From Dehalococcoidales bacterium (GTDB lineage: Bacteria; Chloroflexota; Dehalococcoidia; Dehalococcoidales; Fen-1064), in NCBI GenBank assembly GCA_020342155.1, contig CP070842.1:398388-456522 (forward strand): a stretch of 58,135 bases of DNA, read 5' to 3'. The notes beneath the pieces are model-generated. The model had not been told where the DNA came from and did no database searches. It saw nothing but the letters and a program-made list of their open reading frames with translations. The number at the start of each line of letters is the position of its first letter. The stretch's first letter is position 1. Positions 49,701-58,135 of this stretch are shown in pieces. A program made the translations under genes and the position numbers.

Positions 49701-50334
49701 GGCCGGGCGCGTGATGTCGGTGCGTCACCTTACTACGAGGGCTGGCAAGTCCTTTGCCAGCGTCATCATTGCGGACATTAGCGGGAAACTGGAAGTGATG
49801 GTCTGGGAGAAGGTCTACGAACGGGATCGGGGCTTCTTGGAGGAGGACGTAGAACTGCTGGTGGTGGGGAGGGTAAGGGTAAGAGATGACACGGTGCAGG
49901 TTTCCTGTGAAAGCGCTAGCCTCTACCAGCCTGGGGCGAGGGTTATCGAGGGCAGGGAAAGCGTGGCGGAACCGTCCGGCACTGAAGAGGCTAGGCCCCT
50001 TGTGGAAAACCTACCGGCCGCGAACGAGGAAGTTGCTGTACCTGAGAGTGACAGGCCAGACATAACTAAAACCGAAGAGCCAGTCGTACGGAACCGGCTG
50101 GTGGTTACGCTGCCAACCACCAGCGATGCCGAAAGTGATAAAGCCCGCCTGCGGGAAGTCATATCTGTTTTCAGGGAGTTTCCCGGGCGGGATGAAGTCA
50201 GTCTGCGTATCACCAATAATGGTAGTGCCACTGACGTAAAGATGCCCAATGTATATACTGGATACTGCCCTGAACTTCGCCAGCGTTTGACAGAGCTGGT
50301 AGGCGAACAGGGGCTCAGCCTGGAGCCGGCCTGA
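46771..50334 (+). CDS. dnaE: DNA polymerase III subunit alpha
   Basis: FTHLHVHTEYSLLDG, RGSAASS, PDVDLDF, STHAAGVV, YAFNKAH; no intein; in-frame alternative ATG at 46753. Confidence 0.97.
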   Translation: MFTHLHVHTEYSLLDGMCRIPRLVSRAKELGMDSLAITDHGVMHGAIEFYQTAREAGIKPIIGCEVYVAPDSHLSRTAGDKNNYHLILLARNQTGYRNLLQLTTKAHLEGFYYRPRVDKELLQEHHQGLIALSACLSGEVSRLITEGRLGEAKQAALWYKETFGDFYLEIQRYPIPELEQTNQALIGMSRELDVPLVASGDIHYVRQEDAAAHDLLLCIGTNTSVNDEKRLKMSGDFFYLKSPQEMVEFYQDIPEAIENTQHIAEMCNLKLDFGRLHLPEIGLPEGKTADEYLSELCYEALPRYYPDASPTIKERLAYELDVIKRTGYANYILVVWDIISFARKQGILFGVRGSAASSLVLRCLGITEIDPVEHGSVFERFLNVERVEMPDVDLDFEDERRDEVIAYLTQKYGHDHVAQIITFGTLGARAAIRDVGRALGMPYADVDRVARLVPFGPGMTLARALEENVELRAMYQQDSIIRNLVDSARSVEGVARHASTHAAGVVISKEPLTRHVPLQRASRGNDNGESAVMVQYAMDDIAQIGLLKLDILGLANLTILGKAREIIKQSRGVDIDLFDIPMDDVRTFEMLASGETGGVFQLEGAGMRRYIRELKPTTFSDIAVMVALYRPGPMEQIPTFIKAKHGVEPIRYPHAALTDILEETYGVIVYQEQVLFIVQALAGYSLGQADILRKAMGKKIPEVMRKEKRNFVAGARKNGFPEKLAEEVFTLIEPFAGYAFNKAHAVSYALIAYQTAYLKANYPAEYMTAFLSVHAGQADKVASGVSECQRLRLEVLPPDINRSQANFSIELTDGGEPAIRFGLTAIKNTGLGAIEPLIAERDQDGDFKSIEELCRRCDLGGVNRRVMESLVKAGALDCLGSRGALLNNVDRVLSLAQREQRLRESGQTTMFDLWGKTVPAPLANLEIDGFEVSDREKSTWEKELMGVSLSVRPFVPEGDTTLCDQVTADLVGQMVTVAGRVMSVRHLTTRAGKSFASVIIADISGKLEVMVWEKVYERDRGFLEEDVELLVVGRVRVRDDTVQVSCESASLYQPGARVIEGRESVAEPSGTEEARPLVENLPAANEEVAVPESDRPDITKTEEPVVRNRLVVTLPTTSDAESDKARLREVISVFREFPGRDEVSLRITNNGSATDVKMPNVYTGYCPELRQRLTELVGEQGLSLEPA

Positions 50335-50355
50335 TAATAGCAACTGGAGGATCAA

Positions 50356-50793
50356 ATGCCTAATCTGGCTCCCGAATGGGTAATGGGACTTATCCTGGGA
50401 GGCATGCTGCTTTTACTGGGCTCAGCGATTCTGGAGGCACTCTGGGAGTTTGGCCGTCAGGTGAAGCCAGAGCTTCGGCCTGCCTTTCTTCAGTCAGGCT
50501 GGAAACACGTCATTCTGGTGGGGTTTGTACTACTCCTGTTGGTCGGTGGCGCTATGGTGTTCTTGGCAGACATCAGGGTGGGACTTGGTGCCATCGTCGT
50601 CTACTGGATAGTGTTACCCCTTGTGGTGGGGAGTCGGGTAAGGAGACGCTTCTTGCCTCCCTGGGATAACCTCAAAGCCGGGCTGATGAAAGAGGGTTAC
50701 ACAGAGCAAACCTACTGGCGTAGTGGCGATTGGTGGAAAGCGACAAGCAAGAGCAAGTCTAAGTCGGATTCTAAATCGAATTCTGATGAGTGA
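50356..50793 (+). CDS. Hypothetical membrane protein
   Basis: GGAGG SD; three hydrophobic segments; SK-rich tail. Confidence 0.7.
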   Translation: MPNLAPEWVMGLILGGMLLLLGSAILEALWEFGRQVKPELRPAFLQSGWKHVILVGFVLLLLVGGAMVFLADIRVGLGAIVVYWIVLPLVVGSRVRRRFLPPWDNLKAGLMKEGYTEQTYWRSGDWWKATSKSKSKSDSKSNSDE

Positions 50794-50814
50794 GTTCATG
50801 GCTGGTAGTTAGTA

Positions 50815-51618
50815 ATGACGGTGAATGACAAGAGTCCTAAATTGTCCCCGAGCGTTACCGGAGCAGGGCATCGAAAAAGATTGCGTGAAAGGTTCCTCAA
50901 AGGAGGCTTGGTAGGCTTCCGCGACTATGAAATCATCGAGTTGCTGTTGAGTCTGGGTACACCCCGACGGGACTGTAAACAGCAGGCGAAGGAGGCCATT
51001 AAACGATTCAAGACACTCAGAGGGGTGCTGGCAGCCTCTTCCCAGGAGCTTCAGCAGATAAAGGGGATTGGTCCTCACTCCGCCTTCGGCATTAAGCTGG
51101 TGCAGGAAGTAGCCCGCGAGTCCCTGAAAGAGCAGATTGCCGGTAGGCCGGTATACCAGTCCCCCCGCGAGATATTTGATTATCTTTACCATTCCATGCG
51201 CGACCTCAAGAAAGAGGTTTTCAAGGTTCTCTACCTGAATACCCAGCACCAGATTATTGAAATAGCTGACCTCTTTCAAGGGACGGTCAGCGGTAGTCAC
51301 ATTCCACCGCGTGAGGTAGTGGAGAGTGCCCTTGAGAAGAACGCAACAGCCCTCATTTTTGTGCACAATCATCCCTCGGGTAGTGCCGAGCCCAGCCAGA
51401 GTGATAAACAGCTTACCCGGGATTTAGTCTATGCCGGCAGCATCATGCAGATAAAGGTCGTGGACCACATAGTCATCGGTGACAATACCTACTTCAGTTT
51501 TACCAACGAGGGGCTGATAGAGGAATACGAGCTAGACTTTATCGGTCTGAAGATGAGGGGTACTACTGGAACCAAACGAGGACAGAATCGGGCTGGCTCG
51601 GACCCTTCACCCAGCTAG
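50815..51618 (+). CDS. radC: RadC/UPF0758 JAB-domain protein
   Basis: GHRKRLRERF, HhH, PREVV, VHNHPSG, DHIVIG. Confidence 0.93.
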   Translation: MTVNDKSPKLSPSVTGAGHRKRLRERFLKGGLVGFRDYEIIELLLSLGTPRRDCKQQAKEAIKRFKTLRGVLAASSQELQQIKGIGPHSAFGIKLVQEVARESLKEQIAGRPVYQSPREIFDYLYHSMRDLKKEVFKVLYLNTQHQIIEIADLFQGTVSGSHIPPREVVESALEKNATALIFVHNHPSGSAEPSQSDKQLTRDLVYAGSIMQIKVVDHIVIGDNTYFSFTNEGLIEEYELDFIGLKMRGTTGTKRGQNRAGSDPSPS

Positions 51619-51684
51619 CTCTTCGGGTAATCCAGCCGAAGGTTGTCTGTTTCCAGGTTGAGGAGAGACCACTTTAGGTCCAAC
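51445..51684 (+). repeat. Left copy of imperfect direct repeat (radC 3' end plus ogt 3' end)
   Basis: atgcagataaaggtcgtgg...aacgaggggct and ggctggctc...gtcca recur at 55393-55550. Confidence 0.9.
51615..51683 (-). pseudogene. 3' remnant of ogt
   Basis: Translates LDLKWSLLNLETDNLRLDYPKS*, versus LDLKWSLLSLETDDLPPDYPKG* in the intact Ogt. Confidence 0.85.
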
Positions 51685-51688
51685 GTGG

Positions 51689-54319
51689 TCAGCTTGCTGC
51701 CGGGGTGATTATGTGCTGATTTCGTGTACCTAATGAAGTTCTGGACGTGGTTTCGTCGCTGAATCTGAATTCTTTCTTGGTGAAGAGCCTCAGGCAGGCG
51801 TCGACTACGGCTGGGTCGTAGAGGATTCCGCTTTGTTTGGATATTTCGCCCAACGCGTTGTCTATACCTTTGGCTGGTCTGTAGGGACGGTAAGAGCTGA
51901 TAGCCTCAACCACATCAGCTACACCTAAGATTCTGGCTTCCACAGATATGTCGTCGTCGTGAATACCAAACGGGTAGCCCGACCCGTCCAGCCTTTCATG
52001 ATGCCCAAGGACCATGTCAGCCACAGACCAGGGAAAGTCAATGTTCTTCAGTATGTCATGACCTGCCTGAGGGTGCATCTTGATCAAGTTGAATTCTACA
52101 TCGGTCAGCTGAATAGGTTTGCTGAGGATCTCAGCCGGTATATAGATCTTACCGATGTCATGTACAATCGCCGCCATACGTATTCCCTCAACCTGATCTT
52201 CCTGAAGTCCTATATCTCTGGCTATAGCATCCGCGAGTTCAGCAACCCGACGCTGATGACCAGCGGTATAAGGGTCTCTCGATTCAATAGTAGCTGCCAT
52301 TGCCTGAATCGTTCCTTCCGACGTCCTCAATAGCTTATAGAAGCTCTGCCTGAGTTCTTCCTCTGCCCACTTACGCTCAGTGATATTGCGGATAAATACA
52401 AATTGCTGTCCTTCCCCGACAACATGGTGGTTAACACTTACCTCAACATTAATTATCTCTCCGTCTTTACGTCTATGCTGTGTCTCAAAACGGTCAGAAC
52501 CTTGCTCAGTTATCTTCTTTATACGGTGAGCAATCATTTCGGGATTTTCGATGGCTTCGATATCTGATACAGACATCTTAAGTAGTTCTTCTCTTGTATA
52601 ACCTATCATCGCGCAGTATGAATCGTTAACCTCCAGTAGCTCCCCCTTTAAATTGCTGAGCCAGAAACCATCAAGGGCTGTCTTGATAATTGCCTGATGT
52701 TTCTCCTGTGCCTGCTTGCGCTCGGTAATGTCCCTTGTGATGATCTGGATACCAACAGCCTCTCCATCTTCAATGATGGCCTGGCCGCCCGTCTCAATGG
52801 GAACAACTGTACCATCCTTTCTTCTTATGGCGGTTTCAAAATAAGGAATCGGCTTTCCCGACTTTGCCTCCGCAAGCTTCATCAGGACCTCTTCCAAGTA
52901 TTCTGGTGGAATGAACTCAGTGATATTCATCCCGATTCCCTCGTTCAGAGTATATCCAGTCAACTCTTCTGATGTTTTATTCGCAAACTGGACTTCCCCC
53001 TCTGTATTCAAGATGACGATGGAATCATGAGAATTCTCGACAAGGGTTCGGTACTTCTCCTCTGAATTCCGTAGTGCTTCGTCTGCCTGCCTGCGAGCCG
53101 TGATATCCCGAAGGGCGACGGTGATTCCTTTCACAGCAGGGTCACGAAGAAGGTTTCTACCTGTCGCTTCAATGAAGCGCCAGGAACCGTCCTTGTGCCG
53201 AGCACGCACCTCGACTCTTGCAGAACGACCAGCCTCGCTTAGCACATCTGTGAAGATTCTGGAAATGAGAGGAGTGTCGTCTGGGTGTACTTTCTCAAAC
53301 ATATTGGTCCCAATCCGTTCTGCTGAGCTATAGCCGAGAACTGACAGATAAGAAGTACTGGCGTAGCTTATGATTCCGTCGGCGTTCAAGACTATGAAAC
53401 CATCAGAGGCGTTTTCCATCAGTGAGTGGAAAAATTGCTCTCTGAGACGGAGTGCTTCCTCAGATTTCTTCAGCCTTTCCTCCGTCTGCCTACGCTCGGT
53501 GATGTCTGACAAAACTCCGGTTGCACCGATCACGCGGTTTCCCTCAAAGATGGGTCGATTGGAACTACGCACCCAGCGGATCTCGCCTGCTTTATTTAGA
53601 AGCCGGTACTCACCTATTGTCGCTTGACCAGAAAGGGATTTCTGAAAATGCTCGAGGCTACGTAGTATGTCGTCCTGGTGAATAAAATCAGCAAAAGATC
53701 GCCCGATAATCTCAGAAGGACTATATCCCAATACCGACTCAACGATAGGGCTGAGATAGGTTGCTATGCCATTCGTGTCGACACTATAGACTATGTCACC
53801 CAGGTTCTCTACCAAGTTACGATACCTGTCTTCCTTCTTCCGCAATGCTATCTCTGCCTGCTTGCGTTCGGTGACATTACGAAAAACGCCTCGTGTGGCG
53901 GTCGGCTTGCCGTCTTCAAATCTGCAATTTACGTTCGCCTCAACACTGATCTTTTTACCATCTTTTGTAACAAGTGTAGCTTCAATACCACGAATACACT
54001 CCCCAGAGATAACGCGTTCGAATACTGCCATGCAATGGGCTCGGCTATCAGGATGGATGATGTCGAACAGCGAGAGCCGAGTTAATTCCTCATCGGTGTA
54101 GCCGAATGTCTCTCGCCAGGTACGGTTTACGTATAGAAAACGTCCGTCCGGGCTCACACTCTGAATGATATCACTGGCATTCTCGAGCAGGTCAAAGTAG
54201 TCCTCTACTCCCTTTCCTAGCTTCTCCTCCCCTAATTGAGCCTTCTTTTCAGAGGATTCACATTCGGTAGTCTGTCGCGGTGTCGCTACCCGCTCGTTAA
54301 CCAGGCGTTTTCTTGACAT
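51689..54319 (-). CDS. Five-PAS HD-GYP cyclic di-nucleotide phosphodiesterase
   Basis: Five PAS/PAC units ending in (D/N)(I/V)T.R; RDPYTAGH, HDIGK, HHERLDGSGYP. Confidence 0.92.
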   Translation of the reverse strand: MSRKRLVNERVATPRQTTECESSEKKAQLGEEKLGKGVEDYFDLLENASDIIQSVSPDGRFLYVNRTWRETFGYTDEELTRLSLFDIIHPDSRAHCMAVFERVISGECIRGIEATLVTKDGKKISVEANVNCRFEDGKPTATRGVFRNVTERKQAEIALRKKEDRYRNLVENLGDIVYSVDTNGIATYLSPIVESVLGYSPSEIIGRSFADFIHQDDILRSLEHFQKSLSGQATIGEYRLLNKAGEIRWVRSSNRPIFEGNRVIGATGVLSDITERRQTEERLKKSEEALRLREQFFHSLMENASDGFIVLNADGIISYASTSYLSVLGYSSAERIGTNMFEKVHPDDTPLISRIFTDVLSEAGRSARVEVRARHKDGSWRFIEATGRNLLRDPAVKGITVALRDITARRQADEALRNSEEKYRTLVENSHDSIVILNTEGEVQFANKTSEELTGYTLNEGIGMNITEFIPPEYLEEVLMKLAEAKSGKPIPYFETAIRRKDGTVVPIETGGQAIIEDGEAVGIQIITRDITERKQAQEKHQAIIKTALDGFWLSNLKGELLEVNDSYCAMIGYTREELLKMSVSDIEAIENPEMIAHRIKKITEQGSDRFETQHRRKDGEIINVEVSVNHHVVGEGQQFVFIRNITERKWAEEELRQSFYKLLRTSEGTIQAMAATIESRDPYTAGHQRRVAELADAIARDIGLQEDQVEGIRMAAIVHDIGKIYIPAEILSKPIQLTDVEFNLIKMHPQAGHDILKNIDFPWSVADMVLGHHERLDGSGYPFGIHDDDISVEARILGVADVVEAISSYRPYRPAKGIDNALGEISKQSGILYDPAVVDACLRLFTKKEFRFSDETTSRTSLGTRNQHIITPAAS

Positions 54320-54694
54320 ATCTACACCTCTGAGTACTTCTTAAACCCCAGCGATACTCTCAAACATGCAAGCTGTTTCTGGTGCTCTAAAGGCGCTTTC
54401 GACATTAAGTGAATCCATTATTGCACAGGCTGTTGACCGATATAAGACCCAAATGGGTAATACCTGTTGTCTACTTGGGCTCACAGTTGTAAACCCATCA
54501 GGGTGCAATAGCAAATAACAGAGTTCAGGATATTGCTAATAAAGGATAAGCACCTTCCAGTCTCAGAAGAGGTGGAAAAGCTGATAAGTGAAGCTGAAAC
54601 AGGCCTGACAGTCAAGCGTTAAAAAAGAACCCTTTTTCTACCAAACGAATATCTGGATGTTTGTCCAGCCATGCGTACGATTGATTGATTCCAT

Positions 54695-55246
54695 TTAGTT
54701 TTTCTGTTCGGTGAAAGTCATCTCTTGTTCCAGAATTGAATATAGAAAAGAATCACGCCATTTTCCTTTTTGTAGCTTATGCTGTCTCAGAAGACCCTCG
54801 CGTTTCATCCCGATTTTTTCCATAACCTTGAATGAAGCAACATTAGCGGGGTCACAGGTGGCATAGATTCGGTGAAGTCCGAGCTGTTCAAATCCGAATC
54901 GCAAAAGTCTCTTAGCTGCTTCAGTAATATAGCCATGGTTCCAGTAACTCCTGTTCAGTATGTAGCCCATCTCAGCCTCTTTGTTAGACTCACTTCTGAC
55001 TAAAATACTACAAGAACCAATAAGTTTGTTATCTTCCCGCCTGACCAAAGCTAAAGTATAAACAATACGTGGTTGCTCTTTTTGCTGATTAAGCACTCTT
55101 TTGAGGTATTCTTTGGTGTCGTCCTTTGTATTAGGACCAAATGGCATGTAAACGACCACTTCAGGGTCTGCTCCATAAGCATGAACGGCTTTAAAGTCCG
55201 ACTCTTGTAATTCTCTCAGTATTAACCGTTTAGTCTCGAGAATCAT
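54695..55246 (-). CDS. RimJ/RimL-type GNAT acetyltransferase
   Basis: LETKRLILR, YWNHGYITEA, NVASFKVMEKIGM. Confidence 0.9.
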   Translation of the reverse strand: MILETKRLILRELQESDFKAVHAYGADPEVVVYMPFGPNTKDDTKEYLKRVLNQQKEQPRIVYTLALVRREDNKLIGSCSILVRSESNKEAEMGYILNRSYWNHGYITEAAKRLLRFGFEQLGLHRIYATCDPANVASFKVMEKIGMKREGLLRQHKLQKGKWRDSFLYSILEQEMTFTEQKN

Positions 55247-55392
55247 CCCTAACTCCTTTCACTTTAAAAAAGCTGAATGTAATATGTGCTTAACACTATC
55301 GGGATGACAACATGGGTATAGTATTCAGGGGGTTTACACTCGAGCAACCCTTAATCTTAAGGGTATGCATTCTGTTTTATTGTGCAACCAGG

Positions 55393-55486
55393 ATGCAGAT
55401 AAAGGTCGTGGGCCACATTGTCATCGGTGACATACCTACTTCAGTTTTGCCAACGAGGGGCTGGCTCAGACCCTTCGCTCAGCTAG
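55393..55486 (+). pseudogene. 3' remnant of radC; start of the right repeat copy
   Basis: MQIKVVGHIVIGD, then a 1-nt deletion relative to radC and a ~80 nt deletion at GGGCTG microhomology. Confidence 0.85.
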
Positions 55487-56013
55487 CCCTTTGGGTAGTC
55501 CGGCGGAAGGTCGTCTGTTTCCAGGCTGAGAAGCGACCATTTCAAGTCCAGCCTCTTACCGAAGCCACCGAGTTTACCCCCACTAGCAATCACCCGATGA
55601 CAGGGGATGACGATTGCCACGGGGTTACGGCTCATGGCTTGTCCTACCGCCCGGGCGGCTCCCGGTCGCCCGACTTCCTCAGCCAGTTCGCCATAACTCC
55701 GGGTTTCGCCGTAGGGGATTCGCCGGGCACCTTCCCAGACAGCCTGCTGAAAGGGAGTGCTTTTGGACAGGTCCAGCTTGTCCGGGAAGGACGGTTTCCC
55801 GCCGCGGAAGTAGCTCTGGAGCCTGGCTGCAAGGTCGACAAATCGGTCGTCGGTACGGGTTGCCTTGTGAGTATACTCACCTAGAGCCTTTAGAGCGTCT
55901 TCGGAGGATGCACGGGGTAGCGTTGCACGTACCAAACCCCGTTCTGATGCCATTACTGCCATCCACCCCGCGTCCGTCTGGAAAACAGTGTAGGTCAGTT
56001 TGTCACTCAACAC
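55483..56013 (-). CDS. ogt: Methylated-DNA-protein-cysteine methyltransferase
   Basis: IPYGETRSY, RAVG, IPCHRV. Confidence 0.95.
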   Translation of the reverse strand: MLSDKLTYTVFQTDAGWMAVMASERGLVRATLPRASSEDALKALGEYTHKATRTDDRFVDLAARLQSYFRGGKPSFPDKLDLSKSTPFQQAVWEGARRIPYGETRSYGELAEEVGRPGAARAVGQAMSRNPVAIVIPCHRVIASGGKLGGFGKRLDLKWSLLSLETDDLPPDYPKG

Positions 56014-56046
56014 ATGTCTCCCTGTGTTTCTATTTATGGAAGGTCC

Positions 56047-56724
56047 TTATTTTACCCGGATTTTAATCAGGATATCTCCGGGCTGACCGTCGGTCGTCAT
56101 GCGGGCATTGCGTAATCTTACCTTGCTCCCAGTCTTGACACCTGCCGGTATTTTCACCCTTAGCTTTCTACCTTTACGTTTCAGGTCCTTCTCGAGGCCC
56201 TTGGCTGCCTGTTCTTTGGTGATGGTTATTTCGTAGTTGACGTTCTGTCTACGGGGGCGTTGCGGCGGTCGACCAAAGATTTCCTCTATGCTCGCCCCCT
56301 GTGGGACATTGAACTCAACCCTTGCCTGGCCACCGGGGCCGGTACGGAATGTCCTGAAGGTAAAGTTCCTGCCCTTGAGGAAGTCGCCGAAGATACCATC
56401 GAGGAAGTCGAAATTAAGGCCGGCGCCGCTGAAATCTCCCATAAGGTCTTCGAAACCAGACTGGGTAGTCCGGCTTCCGAATATATCACCGATATTACCC
56501 ATTGTGCCGTATCGGTCGTACTGCACCTTTTTCTCCGGGTCACCCAGTACCCCGTAAGCCTCGTTTATCTCCTTGAACTTCTCATTGGCCCACTCCTCTT
56601 TACCGGGGTTGCGGTCAGGGTGGTACTGCATCGCCAGTTTACGGTAGGCCTTCTTGATGTCCTGCTCGCTGGCATTCCGCGACAAGCCCAGAATCTTGTA
56701 ATAGTCTTTTGCCTTGGTCGTCAT
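56047..56724 (-). CDS. Short J-domain protein (CbpA-like, no zinc finger)
   Basis: DYYKILG, HPD, G/F-rich linker, VKIPAGV...RLR. Confidence 0.88.
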   Translation of the reverse strand: MTTKAKDYYKILGLSRNASEQDIKKAYRKLAMQYHPDRNPGKEEWANEKFKEINEAYGVLGDPEKKVQYDRYGTMGNIGDIFGSRTTQSGFEDLMGDFSGAGLNFDFLDGIFGDFLKGRNFTFRTFRTGPGGQARVEFNVPQGASIEEIFGRPPQRPRRQNVNYEITITKEQAAKGLEKDLKRKGRKLRVKIPAGVKTGSKVRLRNARMTTDGQPGDILIKIRVK

Positions 56725-56894
56725 CTCTATTTACTCTCTTAGTGTGCAATTTTAGTATAGCATAGAGAGCGGCAGGGTTTAAGCTTCAGGTGATATTTTT
56801 ATTGAGGTAGTCTCGTGCTTTAACCCCCCTTCGTATCTGGCGAAGGGGATGGGGCCACCGTCGATCAAAGGCCATGGCGGGCCTGTACAATCAT

Positions 56895-57136
56895 CGGAAT
56901 CAAGGGGGGCACTCCCTTGTACCCCCGTTCCAGAGGGATTACACCTCTCTGGACTCCCCAAAACGGTGAGAGGCTAGTTTTTATGCAAGCATCTTCGCAC
57001 CTTACAGGTGTGCCTTTCTATCGGTGGGATATTCTTTACTCTGGTTGCAAGCTAATAGGGGGCGTTCAAGAGGGGCGGAGCCCCTCTTACCTTATATTCC
57101 CCTTCCCCTCTGGTGAAGGGGATACAGGGGATGGGG
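56895..57136 (-). repeat. Multi-hairpin element, copy B (inverted relative to copy A)
   Basis: acccccgttccagagggatt...tctggactccccaaaacgg and aagaggggcggagcccctctt match the reverse complement of 45866-46102. Confidence 0.8.
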
Positions 57137-57224
57137 CCGTCACCTCCAAAATGGGGCGAAGTCCTGTATTAATGACTGTGCCCCCTTTCCGGGGGTATAG
57201 TTTTATTAATGGGTACAAGATACC

Positions 57225-57253
57225 TTGACACTGCCTCTGGGGTGTGCTAAACT
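57225..57253 (+). promoter_or_regulatory. rRNA promoter
   Basis: TTGACA, 17 nt ending TGc, TAAACT. Confidence 0.75.
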
Positions 57254-57363
57254 TGCTTCGAGTGAGGTAAAATAGCAAGTATGGTGGGAAGCACATAGGA
57301 TAGCAACAGGTGATTGTAAGCTGAGCTAGCGGCTTGGTGTGAATCACCGGGCCGTTTTTGTTT

Positions 57364-57385
57364 GTAGAACCTTAAAAACTGAATA
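57364..57385 (+). promoter_or_regulatory. rRNA leader boxA/processing-stem-like motif
   Basis: gtagaaccttaaaaactgaata resembles the (A)CCTTGAAAACTGAATA motif found before rRNA genes. Confidence 0.5.
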
Positions 57386-57410
57386 GGCGGACTAATATCA
57401 AATCTGAAGC

Positions 57411-58135
<725 letters not shown>

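Noticed and set aside
46771-50334. Intein in dnaE (also checked in recA)
   Set aside because: Normal lengths, contiguous motifs, and no splicing blocks seen.
54320-54694. c-di-GMP or SAM riboswitch upstream of the HD-GYP gene
   Set aside because: No recognisable aptamer consensus on the coding strand by eye; an Rfam scan would be needed to exclude it.
55312-55884. 190 aa plus-strand ORF
   Set aside because: Chimera of the radC remnant and antisense ogt.

Overview
This 58 kb bacterial window is mostly core genome and is most consistent with Chloroflexota class Dehalococcoidia. That assignment is inferred from gene order (rpsL-rpsG-fusA-rpsJ with no tuf) and from a 23S rRNA gene that has its own promoter and no adjacent 16S. 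In order it holds: (i) an AT-rich asparagine-synthetase-like ORF absent from the ORF track (1-1320, minus strand, truncated), Trm112-like, queD and folK; (ii) the str/S10/spc/alpha ribosomal super-operon through truA-rplM-rpsI (2813-23429); (iii) trmO, an HhH-GPD glycosylase, a phosphoesterase and an acyl-CoA cluster; (iv) nadE-recA-recX-rny-ymdB-PHP-plsY on the minus strand; (v) a patchwork of small genes including DUF763 and two DUF3795 paralogs; (vi) dnaE, radC, a PAS/HD-GYP plus GNAT islet, ogt and a short J-domain protein; (vii) the 5' part of 23S rRNA. I found no CRISPR array, tRNA, integrase or transposase, and I cannot point to one clearly novel multi-gene system. The best leads are a 3.7 kb islet bracketed by a diverged duplication of the radC/ogt stop-codon junction, two inverted copies of a ~240 bp multi-hairpin element flanking ~11 kb, and a ~220 aa repeat-containing tail on ribosomal protein S3. 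Others are a natural K43R-equivalent in S12, an Acs/PrpE-like ligase lacking its catalytic lysine, a duplicated gene with an ATA start, and several candidate structured RNAs. Single-residue oddities could be assembly errors.
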